Origin: an uncultured Acidobacteriaceae bacterium
Lineage (GTDB): Bacteria > Acidobacteriota > Terriglobia > Terriglobales > Acidobacteriaceae
Direction of reading: 5' to 3'
Assembly: GCA_963840895.1 (NCBI GenBank)
Contig: CAWJAR010000014.1
Location: 2,306 to 66,305, forward strand
Length of the DNA stretch: 64,000 nucleotides
How positions within the stretch are numbered: position 1 is the first letter of the stretch; every line of letters begins with the position of its first letter. The notes below the pieces were generated by a model, which was not told where the DNA came from, ran no database searches, and was given only the letters and a program-made list of their open reading frames with translations. A program made the position numbers and the translations under genes. Of the stretch, positions 1 to 8,216 are shown in pieces.

Positions 1-1039
1 ATCTGCCGCTCACGGCAAAATGCCTGATAGTCGCAATACAAGAGTCCAACCGAGTAGGAATGTGGTCGCCAAGCTGCTTTGTAGCACAGCGCAATTGCAC
101 TCGCAATAGAGGCGGACAAGTCACGGACAGCGCTTTCTATCTTCCAGATAATCAGTGAGTTACAGACGCACATTTGGCTGACTGCCAAAAGCGCTCCTAG
201 TCATAATCGTGCTAAGCAGTGTGGCGTTTGTCACAGGCGTGACATTGTCCCCATTGGGACCCCGCGCCCTGTGTGCAATGGCTCACGTCTTGACTCAGCC
301 CGCAATTCACGGCACTTTCCCTAGAATGCTTCGCCTTAAACCCGCGTAATCATTGATGATTTGCCCAACCGGGCAGAAAAACACGGTACTTTTTCGCCCT
401 GCGAAAGAACTGCGCGGCCTTTTTAGCCCGCGCAGACAACCCGGATGCGTGGTGGTCCACCCGGGGCATCGTTTGGGTCCCATCGCGCATCCAGCATCAC
501 AGCGCAACCGCAGTAAGGGGCCGCGTGAGAGCGCTGGGCACCGCGTTTCAGCGCAGTCTGTCGCATCTTTGGGCATGGGGGAAGGGTAGGAATCAGGGTA
601 GATTTAGCGCCGCCGCTCTGTATATTCCAATCGCTCGCATGCAGCCGCAAAGGATGTGCTCTGGTTGTTCCCAGGTACCCGAAAACGATTGAAAACAAGC
701 GCCGCAAAAGTGAGCAGCGGTTGCCCAAACCGCTCTGATAACAGTCATAATCGCTGAGCGCCGATAGATTGACGCTTATCGATATATCTCTGTTATGGGG
801 CAGAACTAACCATCTTTCAGCGACCGCGAAAGAATTGGCCAGGCGAACCTTTCCGCCTGTCTCGCGCTTCTCTAGTCATTATTCTTGTAATTCGGGGAAA
901 AGAGGGCAGTTAGACGAACTTGGAAGGGGCTGGCTGAAGGCTGCTGAAGGGAGCCAAGCTTATCGACGTATAGCACTCCCTAACTCTATATACGTGGATA
1001 AGGGGCTCTGCCTTCAGTTGCCTTCAGGAACATAGGAAT

Positions 1040-1708
1040 TTAGCCATTTCGTTGGCGTAGAATCCGTCTGGCTGCATGTTTGCTTCGCTGGTCCATTTCA
1101 ACATGGTCTTTCCTCAGCTTCCGCATGTAAAGCTTTCTGCGTTCCTTAGAGTCTGGCCTGGATCGGAAATGCTGCTGCCCGCATACCTGTCGACAAAATC
1201 TTCCATCCGTTCGAATGCTGTAGAACCAAGTCCCGCACTGTTCGCACTTCCGCACTCGTTCTAAGAATCTAGTCTGAAAAAGTTCGATGAGGCGCATAAC
1301 GGCATCAGACTCGCCGAAACGATGCCGGAATCCCGGTATTACTTCGTCGGGAATTAGAGCCTCGAAAGTGCCCCTCTGAGCGTACCATCCGATGAATAAG
1401 CGCTGCTCGCCGAGCCGGAGTTCCCGAATGTACGGCCTCAACTTGTAGAAGCGCAAAACCCGATTGACCTCGACCCGCAGTTTCTCAGCAATAGTGATAA
1501 ATCGAAGATCTGCCTCTTGAATCTCACGGGCGGATTTCTTAAATACGAGCGCGAGCTCGTACGATCTAAGCAGCAGGTCATACAGCTTCGACAATCGTCG
1601 GTAGCTCTGCTCGCCGTTCTTCCGAGCATCATTCAGCCACGCAATCAGCGGTACAGCCTGGGATTGCGCTCCGTATTTCCTCATCTGTGACAAATTCTTT
1701 CGTGCCAT
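1040..1708 (-). CDS. hypothetical protein with C-terminal Cys4 zinc finger (CGNR-like)
   Basis: 222-aa ORF. It has CEQC-x13-CRQVC followed by an Arg/Lys-rich tail. It lies at the left of the integrase/primase module. Confidence 0.45.
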   Translation of the reverse strand: MARKNLSQMRKYGAQSQAVPLIAWLNDARKNGEQSYRRLSKLYDLLLRSYELALVFKKSAREIQEADLRFITIAEKLRVEVNRVLRFYKLRPYIRELRLGEQRLFIGWYAQRGTFEALIPDEVIPGFRHRFGESDAVMRLIELFQTRFLERVRKCEQCGTWFYSIRTDGRFCRQVCGQQHFRSRPDSKERRKLYMRKLRKDHVEMDQRSKHAARRILRQRNG

Positions 1709-1789
1709 AAGTATTAGTTATATTCTCTGACTGCAAACTTAACAGGGGCGTGGCACATTGTCTATGGGCGTTTCGGAGGAAGAGAACAA

Positions 1790-2401
1790 ATGTATTTCGA
1801 TATCGACTGTCTGAAAGGGTTGAAAGGCCGGCACTGGACGCTTAGCGAAAGCGCCGCCATCTGGGAGCCTATCTCGCAGCGAGCCTTGCAATCGTGGGTT
1901 TCCGGTCAGACTCTTAGAATTCGTCCGAGTTGTGGGCCTCGCCGATTTGGGCTGCTCTCGCAATTCAAGTTCGGGATTGCGATTCGGCTCCTCAAAGCTA
2001 AGTTGCCAACCAAAGCTATCCAGACATTTTTAGATTACTCTGCGGATGCCGACTTTATTCCTACTGTGAACTTCGCGGAAAAGATGCAAGGTCGCTTCAT
2101 CCTCACCGAAGACCCGACTAGTCCCGATCACCTGAGAATGTTTTTCTATCCTGAGCAGGATGCGGAGCGGTTCTGGATCGCGATCAAGGTGCTTACGGAA
2201 AGCCCCATTCGCTTCATAACGATCAGGCCGGATGATGTGCTCCGAGAAGTTCAGGGCCGCATTGCAGCGTGGAGTGAACGCCGCGAGTATTCGGCGCAAA
2301 CCGCCAGTGAGAAAGCCAAAGCCGCATTGGACGCTATCCGCGAGGCAAACTTGTCCGAGGGATTGCCCGCAAATGCCCCTAGGCATGGAGAACTGAATTA
2401 A
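1790..2401 (+). CDS. hypothetical protein (island-borne)
   Basis: 203-aa ORF divergent from 1040-1708. The composition looks coding, but I recognise no motif. Confidence 0.4.
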   Translation: MYFDIDCLKGLKGRHWTLSESAAIWEPISQRALQSWVSGQTLRIRPSCGPRRFGLLSQFKFGIAIRLLKAKLPTKAIQTFLDYSADADFIPTVNFAEKMQGRFILTEDPTSPDHLRMFFYPEQDAERFWIAIKVLTESPIRFITIRPDDVLREVQGRIAAWSERREYSAQTASEKAKAALDAIREANLSEGLPANAPRHGELN

Positions 2402-2459
2402 AAAGCGCTGCGCCCGATTTCCTTGGCGGGAGTGGGCGGCAGCGCCGTGGAGGTTAGAT

Positions 2460-2696
2460 ATGCTTGATACTCAACCTGAATCAGTCTCGCCCGCTCCTGT
2501 GCGTGAGTCAAGGGGTGAGCGAGGTCATCCGTACCGCGATCTGCAAGGCGAAGCCAGCAAGTTAGCCACCCGACTGGAATTAAGAGCGCTGCGCTGTGAG
2601 TCGGCCTCAGAACGTCGCCGTCTTGGCGTTCTCGCTGCCGCTCAAGTCCAGATTGCGCAGTGCCTAGCTGGCGTAGGAGTGAAATCCAATGCCTGA
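2460..2696 (+). CDS. small hypothetical protein
   Basis: 78-aa ORF. Its stop overlaps the ATG of the next gene (2689), which suggests translational coupling. Confidence 0.3.
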   Translation: MLDTQPESVSPAPVRESRGERGHPYRDLQGEASKLATRLELRALRCESASERRRLGVLAAAQVQIAQCLAGVGVKSNA

Positions 2697-3129
2697 TGAC
2701 GTGCTTCCCGCGAATCAGGCGGCGGAACGAAGTGTTCTAGGTGCCTGCATCGAATCCGAAAGCCTTCTAACTTCTGCCCTAGCCGAAGGTCTCACCGCCG
2801 ACGATTTCACAGGCGATTATCCGCGTGTGTTCCTGGCCATGATGGAGATGCGCTCCAAGCGTCTGCCCGTAGATTTCATTTCGCTGCCCGATTACCTGGG
2901 CAATGGCCAACGGGAATTCGCCCTGATCGGTGATGTAGTCAGCGGGGCTGTGGTTCACGAGTCCCACGTTATGCATCATGTCCAGATCGTCCGTGAGAAG
3001 TCCCGTCTGCGTTCATTGCTCCGATTGTCGGACTGGATCGCACAGGCAGCCGTAGAACCATGTGCTGATCCAGAACAAATCGCCAGGCTAGTGTGCGAAA
3101 GACTGGAACCCGCGAGTGTGATCGCATGA
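2689..3129 (+). CDS. DnaB helicase N-terminal-domain-like protein
   Basis: AERSVLGACI...DDF...RVFLAMMEM...VDFISL...VQIVREKSRLRSL follows the DnaB_N pattern (AEQSVLG..., F..H..IF, IVKEK..LR). An AGGAG lies upstream of the ATG. Confidence 0.65.
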   Translation: MPDDVLPANQAAERSVLGACIESESLLTSALAEGLTADDFTGDYPRVFLAMMEMRSKRLPVDFISLPDYLGNGQREFALIGDVVSGAVVHESHVMHHVQIVREKSRLRSLLRLSDWIAQAAVEPCADPEQIARLVCERLEPASVIA

Positions 3130-4475
3130 GTACGCAACCGGATGTCATTTCGGAACAGGAGTGTGTGACGTCTCCTGAGTTCTCGGAAGATTCCTTGGCC
3201 CTGCTCTATACAGGACGGCACTCGGATGATCTGCGATATACGCCAGAACTAGGGAAGTATCACAGACTTTCCCGATCCGATGACGGGGGAGCATGCTGGC
3301 ATCGGGACACAGTTTGCCGGACGTTTAGCGAGATTCGGGATTTGACGCGGGAGCAAAGCATGCTCACCGAAAAAGGGAAGGCAAGGCTGTGCAGCGCCGC
3401 AACAATCTCTTCCGTGGAAAAGCTAGTCCGCTTTGACCAGCGCACGGTAATGACCGTAGACCAATGGGATTCAGCCACGATGGTTCTGAACACTCCTAGC
3501 GGAATCGTGGATTTAGAGACTGGCAAGACTTCCAAGGGCGATCCACTCGCCTATTGCACGAAACAAACCGCCGTTGGGCCATCATCCCAACCGCCCGAAC
3601 TTTGGAACAGCTGCCTAGAGACTTGGACGGGTGGGGACAAGGATTTGCAGCAATACCTGAAACGGGTTGCTGGGTATTGTCTGACTGGCGAGACTCGCGA
3701 ACATGAATTCTTTTTCTTCCACGGTAGCGGGGGTAACGGCAAGAGTTCATTTCTAAATACGCTACATGGAATTTTGGGAAAGTATGCCGACATAGCGCCG
3801 CCCGACGTTTTCACGCTGTCGAAGTTCGAGAAACACCCCACATCCATGGCGGGCCTTGTCGGTTGCCGGATGGCCCTAGCAACCGAAACGGAGAGTGGGA
3901 GCCGTTGGGCGGAAACGCAGCTAAAGTCCATCGTGGACGATTGCCCGATAAAAACCCGTTTCATGCGGCAGGATTTCTTCGAGTTCAAACCGCAATTCAA
4001 GCTTCTGATTTCCGGGAATCACAAACCCAACCTGACAGATGTGGGGGAGTCGATGCGCCGCCGCATCAACTTGCTGCCGTTTAACGTGATCGTCCCGAAG
4101 GAACAGCGGGACACAAAACTTAAAGCGAAGCTGCGGGAGGAATGGCCTTCGATTCTTGGATGGGCGATACAAGGCTGTCTCGAATGGCAGCGGGATGGAC
4201 TGAAGACTCCCGCCAGCGTGAAGGCTGCTACGGATGATTACCTAGAGGGGCAGGACGTGATGGGCTGCTGGATTGAGGAGTGCTGCATTATCGGAGTGAA
4301 CTGCAAGGGCCGGACCCAAGAGTTACACAAAAGTTTTGTCGAGTGGTCTAAGCAAAACGAGTATTACCCAACGAGCCTAAAGCAGTTCCTTAGCACGCTT
4401 CTGGAACGTCCCAAGATTCGCAAGATACATAAGGAAGTCGGAAACGTAATCGAAGGAATAGACGTGAGGCCATGA
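3126..4475 (+). CDS. phage/plasmid primase, P4-family / D5-like NTPase
   Basis: Walker A GSGGNGKS, and a C-terminal region typical of P4-type primase-helicases. I take ATG 3126, which overlaps the preceding stop (ATGA), rather than the track start at 3093. Confidence 0.8.
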   Translation: MSTQPDVISEQECVTSPEFSEDSLALLYTGRHSDDLRYTPELGKYHRLSRSDDGGACWHRDTVCRTFSEIRDLTREQSMLTEKGKARLCSAATISSVEKLVRFDQRTVMTVDQWDSATMVLNTPSGIVDLETGKTSKGDPLAYCTKQTAVGPSSQPPELWNSCLETWTGGDKDLQQYLKRVAGYCLTGETREHEFFFFHGSGGNGKSSFLNTLHGILGKYADIAPPDVFTLSKFEKHPTSMAGLVGCRMALATETESGSRWAETQLKSIVDDCPIKTRFMRQDFFEFKPQFKLLISGNHKPNLTDVGESMRRRINLLPFNVIVPKEQRDTKLKAKLREEWPSILGWAIQGCLEWQRDGLKTPASVKAATDDYLEGQDVMGCWIEECCIIGVNCKGRTQELHKSFVEWSKQNEYYPTSLKQFLSTLLERPKIRKIHKEVGNVIEGIDVRP

Positions 4476-4693
4476 AGATAACCCCAGAAGGGAACACTCC
4501 GCTGACCGAGTTTGAAATCGTGGACAGCAAGATTCTGGCCGAGCGGCTGAGGGTTTCGGTCGCATGGGTCAAAAAGCAATGTCTGTCTGCAGCCGAGAAT
4601 CGAATCCCCCACTTGAAATTCGGCAAGTGTACTCGCTTCCTGTGGGGCAGTCCGGATCTATGCAAATGGCTAGAAGGTCGCTACCAGAAATAA
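4472..4693 (+). CDS. excisionase/AlpA-like helix-turn-helix DNA-binding protein
   Basis: 73 aa. The pattern LAERLRVSVAWVKKQ...IPHLKFGKCTRF...WLE matches the excisionase-family HTH. The ATG overlaps the primase stop, and the gene sits directly upstream of the integrase. Confidence 0.55.
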   Translation: MKITPEGNTPLTEFEIVDSKILAERLRVSVAWVKKQCLSAAENRIPHLKFGKCTRFLWGSPDLCKWLEGRYQK

Positions 4694-4916
4694 CTCGCCT
4701 TTGACTCCACTTACGGGGTAAGCTACCATCGCTCTAAGGGGGTAAGCTGATAATGAAGTTATCGAAACGGGCAAGCGCTGAATTTGCAAAAGCAGGGGCA
4801 GAGGGCGGACGGATCGCCGCCAGTCGAATGACTCCGAAACAGCGAACAGAACGGGCACGGAAAGCGGCACTAGCCAGCGCGAGGGCAAGACAAGCGAAAG
4901 CGCGAAAGGGGAAAGC

Positions 4917-6176
4917 ATGAAACCTAAGAAACGAGGCAACAAGCCTTACGTGTTCCGTCGTGGAGATTCTTGGATATTCCGATTCCGCGAAACCATCAAC
5001 GAGGGCGGGGAACTCCAGAGTGTGCAGAGGGCGAGGCCGTTGTGCGCTGTCAATGGTGTGTCCAAGAAATCGGCGCAAAAGATGGCTTTGGCCGAAGTGC
5101 AGAAGCTTGAAAAATCGCGCCCGTCTAAACCGGAACTGGTTGTTACCCTGGGTGATTTTATTACCCAAGTGTATCAACCGTTCGTAGTGGCCAACAAGAG
5201 GGGCGCGACCGCACAGGGTTATTCCGATATGTGGGAAACGCACTGCGCCGGGCGCAAGCACATCAACGGCTCTCTGTTGAAAGATGTACGCACGGCAGAT
5301 GTTTATTCCTGGCTGTGCGAGATCGCCGCCACTGACAAGAACCGCAAGGGCGAACCGCTCAAGAAACGGACCCTGCAACACATCAAGGCTTTCCTGAGTG
5401 GAGTTTTCAAACTCGCCAAGAATCACGGCTACGTCAACGGCGAGAACCCCGTGCGGGATTCAACAGTTCCGCCAGCGCCGGAGGGGGCGGAAACCTATGC
5501 TTACAGCGTTGACGAAATAAAGAACATGCTAGCGGTTCTGCCCGAACCTGCCCGTACGATGGTTGCGACGGCTGCATTTACTGGCTTGCGGCGAAGCGAG
5601 TTGCAGGGGTTGGTCTGGGAGGCATACGGTAACGGGGAATTGCGCGTACTGCAAAGCGTTGTAGAAGGGAATGTGCAGGAATGCAAGACGCGGGCGAGTC
5701 GTGCCGCTGTGCCGTTGCTACCTTCACTTCAGCGAGTGTTAGACGCGCACAGGGAACGCGACAAGGAACCAGTGAAAGGGCCAATATTCAGAACGAGTAT
5801 TGGGACGGCTCTCGATCCGAATAACACCCTAAACAGGCAAATCCTTCCGGTGCTGAATCGCTGCGGTACCTGCAAGCGCCCAGAGGATGAGCACACCGAG
5901 AAAGTAAAGCATGACTACCAGAGGGATGAATCGCTTCCACGGTGGCGAGGTTGGCATGCTTTCCGCAGAGGCTTGGGAACGAATCTGTACAGCTTGGGAG
6001 TCAACGAAAAGACGGTGCAGGCGATCTTGCGGCACGCCGATGTCGGCACTACCATGACGTATTACGTTAAGTCGCTGAGTGAGGATTCTGTGCGTGCAAT
6101 GGCTGCTCTCGATAACGTCTTGTGCTCAACTTGTGCTCTCGATTCAGCCTCCACGGCTGATCTGAAAACGCAATAG
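4917..6176 (+). CDS. tyrosine-type site-specific integrase
   Basis: C-terminal catalytic region: GLRRSEL (Arg), HAFRRGLGT (His-x-x-Arg), ILRHADVGTTMTYY (His...Tyr). The gene ends 30 nt before tRNA-Arg. Confidence 0.9.
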   Translation: MKPKKRGNKPYVFRRGDSWIFRFRETINEGGELQSVQRARPLCAVNGVSKKSAQKMALAEVQKLEKSRPSKPELVVTLGDFITQVYQPFVVANKRGATAQGYSDMWETHCAGRKHINGSLLKDVRTADVYSWLCEIAATDKNRKGEPLKKRTLQHIKAFLSGVFKLAKNHGYVNGENPVRDSTVPPAPEGAETYAYSVDEIKNMLAVLPEPARTMVATAAFTGLRRSELQGLVWEAYGNGELRVLQSVVEGNVQECKTRASRAAVPLLPSLQRVLDAHRERDKEPVKGPIFRTSIGTALDPNNTLNRQILPVLNRCGTCKRPEDEHTEKVKHDYQRDESLPRWRGWHAFRRGLGTNLYSLGVNEKTVQAILRHADVGTTMTYYVKSLSEDSVRAMAALDNVLCSTCALDSASTADLKTQ

Positions 6177-6206
6177 CAGTGTAAAATCATGGAGTTAACA
6201 GCAAGC

Positions 6207-6283
6207 GGCCCCGTAGCTCAGATGGATAGAGCAGCGGTTTCCTAAACCGAAGGTCGGCAGTTCGACTCTGCCCGGGGCCACCA
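6207..6283 (+). tRNA. tRNA-Arg (anticodon CCT), CCA encoded
   Basis: Hand-folded cloverleaf: acceptor GGCCCCG/CGGGGCC, D arm GCTC-AGATGGATA-GAGC, anticodon arm GCGGT-TTCCTAA-ACCGA, variable loop AGGTC, T arm GGCAG-TTCGACT-CTGCC, discriminator A plus CCA. Total 77 nt. Confidence 0.9.
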
Positions 6284-6291
6284 TCCCATTC
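6273..6291 (+). repeat. att-like direct repeat, copy 1 (tRNA 3' acceptor strand + CCA + 8 nt)
   Basis: cggggccaccatcccattc; 18 of 19 positions match 7213-7231. Confidence 0.55.
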
Positions 6292-6557
6292 ATCAGTTAG
6301 GAAGCATCGGCACCGCGTTTCTGTCCAACTGTACTCTGAACTGCGAGTGATCCGATCGGCTGTTCGATCTTCGCAGCGGCATCGCAGATCCGATGCGCAT
6401 CTTGTAAATGAATCGCACTACTAATTCGTTGTAATAGCGGCTACGTTCTGCTAGTGTCTACCCCCTAAACTCTAAGCTTGGAGAGTAGTGAGAAATACAA
6501 GCTATTCCGACAGAAATCACCGTTCGTAGCGCATGTAACCGCACCGCCCTTGAAGAA

Positions 6558-7022
6558 ATGCTTGGGACTGCCTTAGCGCGGCGCAGAGATCTAGAGATCG
6601 ACCTGAAGGAAATGGACGCGGTAATCGAAAGCCTTCAGTCAAGATTGCATAACGCCCGACGAAATTCAGACACGCCACACCTTCCAGCAGTAATGCCAAG
6701 GGAGTTTAAGGGAATGACGTTAAGGGAGGCGCTGAAGGCCTACTTGCAAAGAAGGCCCGGGCTCAAGATAACTTACGAACGCGCCGCAGAGGACCTGTGG
6801 GCAGGCGGAGCCGTTTGGGACGATCGCAAAGGAAAAGGGCCTGAGGGACGACTGCACAACTTCAAGATGTCCTGCACAGTGAATTACGATCTAGTAGAAC
6901 AAGACAAAAAGGCTGGGGTCTTATGGCTGGCGGCCAACCCGGGAGAAAAGACTAAGCCGAAACAGGTCAGAAGGAAAAAGAAGACAAGTAATACGGCACT
7001 CCTAGAAGTGTCGCTGCGTTAG
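6558..7022 (+). CDS. hypothetical protein (between the two att-like repeats)
   Basis: 154-aa ORF with a Lys-rich C-terminus. No motif recognised. Confidence 0.35.
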   Translation: MLGTALARRRDLEIDLKEMDAVIESLQSRLHNARRNSDTPHLPAVMPREFKGMTLREALKAYLQRRPGLKITYERAAEDLWAGGAVWDDRKGKGPEGRLHNFKMSCTVNYDLVEQDKKAGVLWLAANPGEKTKPKQVRRKKKTSNTALLEVSLR

Positions 7023-7212
7023 AAGGTAGCGTCTCCGCAACGTCAGAACGTATCGTCTTCGCGTGGTGGTCCTGTTTTTGGGTTTTGCATAAAGCGCCAC
7101 GTAGCTAGAATGACCGCGTCCTGCATTTCCTGGGCAGCGTCCATCAGTTTCTACCAACCGGCGGCGTTCCACAGTCGGCCAGTTGTTGCCCGAAGTCTTT
7201 CAGAGCCTCGCT

Positions 7213-7231
7213 CGGGGCCACCATCCTATTC
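7213..7231 (+). repeat. att-like direct repeat, copy 2 (orphan copy of the tRNA-Arg 3' end)
   Basis: cggggccaccatcctattc. The sequence upstream of it is not tRNA-like. Confidence 0.55.
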
Positions 7232-7370
7232 GGCGCTTTCGATCTTCCGACAACGGTTCCTGCTGTCCCGCCGGAGGCCGGATTGGACTACGTCTGTCCT
7301 GTTTCGGGAACCGTCTGCCCTATTTTAGGTGCACTTGCGACTGACCATGTGACGATGGTCACGCTGAGGC

Positions 7371-7691
7371 GTGACAGTGATTGCTGACTCAGATCACAGT
7401 CCAAGTTCTAATTTGGGAACGAGGTCAAGCAGCGTGCCCGCCGTGCAACAAACTACCGACGTCCTCGATTTCCTTCTCACTCGCCTGCACGAGGCCCATG
7501 AAGTCTCCGTCTACGCCGCCATTGAGCGCTTAATGCAAGGCGGCGAAGCAGTTGGCTTCGACGCCGACAAGTTGGTGCGAATGCTGGACCGAGGCGTCAG
7601 CCTGGAGGAACTGTTTCGGCTGATTGAAACTGAAATGCAGTTTCGGCAAACGTCGGAGGAAGCGGCGCAGCAAGCGGAACGTGCGGCATGA
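7371..7691 (+). CDS. hypothetical protein
   Basis: 106-aa ORF with a GTG start, immediately followed by 7695-8099. Confidence 0.35.
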   Translation: MTVIADSDHSPSSNLGTRSSSVPAVQQTTDVLDFLLTRLHEAHEVSVYAAIERLMQGGEAVGFDADKLVRMLDRGVSLEELFRLIETEMQFRQTSEEAAQQAERAA

Positions 7692-7694
7692 CCG

Positions 7695-8099
7695 TTGCAT
7701 TGTGAGGCAGCTATGAATTTCGTGGAGTGGTCCAAATCGAGCGTTGATTACGGTCAGAAACTTGTGAGCTCCGCGATTGAAGGGGCGCGCGAGGGAGAAG
7801 ACAGCTTTCTGCAGAATAAACCGCTCGCTCCGTATCTGAGCACGTCGGCTCGGCAGGCAGTGGTGCCGGCGATCGTCGGCGCGTATTTTGGCGCGTTCGG
7901 TGGCAGCGTGGGAAGACGTCGCAACTCCGCCGCACGAACCATCGCCTTTGGCTTGCTCGGCGGCGCGATCGGATTTGGCGCCGGCCTTATTTGGGATAAC
8001 CGCGAACTGAGCGCAAGTGTAGCGGCGGGCGCGTGGAAGAAGATCAGCACGACGCGTGACAACCGCTGGTTCGAAAAAAATCCGATCGATTACGCATAG
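7695..8099 (+). CDS. Gly-rich (glycine-zipper-like) small membrane protein
   Basis: Hydrophobic segments VVPAIVGAYFGAFGGSVG and FGLLGGAIGFGAGLIW. Confidence 0.45.
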   Translation: MHCEAAMNFVEWSKSSVDYGQKLVSSAIEGAREGEDSFLQNKPLAPYLSTSARQAVVPAIVGAYFGAFGGSVGRRRNSAARTIAFGLLGGAIGFGAGLIWDNRELSASVAAGAWKKISTTRDNRWFEKNPIDYA

Positions 8100-8216
8100 A
8101 GCGTGTCAGACCGCAGAGGCTCGCAAGCGATGAGCCATCGAACCGGACGACAGAGATGGACGCCAGGTTGACTGAATCGTTAAGGCGTTAACTTCGAATA
8201 AATCAGGGTGTAGACC

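Larger units (their letters stand above)
1040..6176. mobile_element. integrative element gene module (zinc-finger protein to integrase); left boundary not identified in the window
   Basis: Integrase, excisionase-like HTH, P4-type primase and DnaB-N protein lie next to a tRNA gene. Composition is visibly less GC-rich than the flanking operon (by eye). Confidence 0.6.

Noticed and set aside
307-1035. Short ORFs 307-576(-), 353-589(+), 423-728(-) and 769-1035(+).
   Set aside because: 307-576, 353-589 and 423-728 overlap one another on both strands, and 769-1035 stands alone. The translations are low-complexity or Cys/Arg/Pro-rich, with no start context or motif. I treated the region as non-coding (see the finding for 1-1039).
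8100-8216. Possible promoter for the cluster (TTGACT at 8168-8173).
   Set aside because: No acceptable -10 hexamer lies at a 16-19-nt spacing. The nearest TA-rich hexamer (ATAAAT, about 8198) is about 24 nt away. I left it unannotated.
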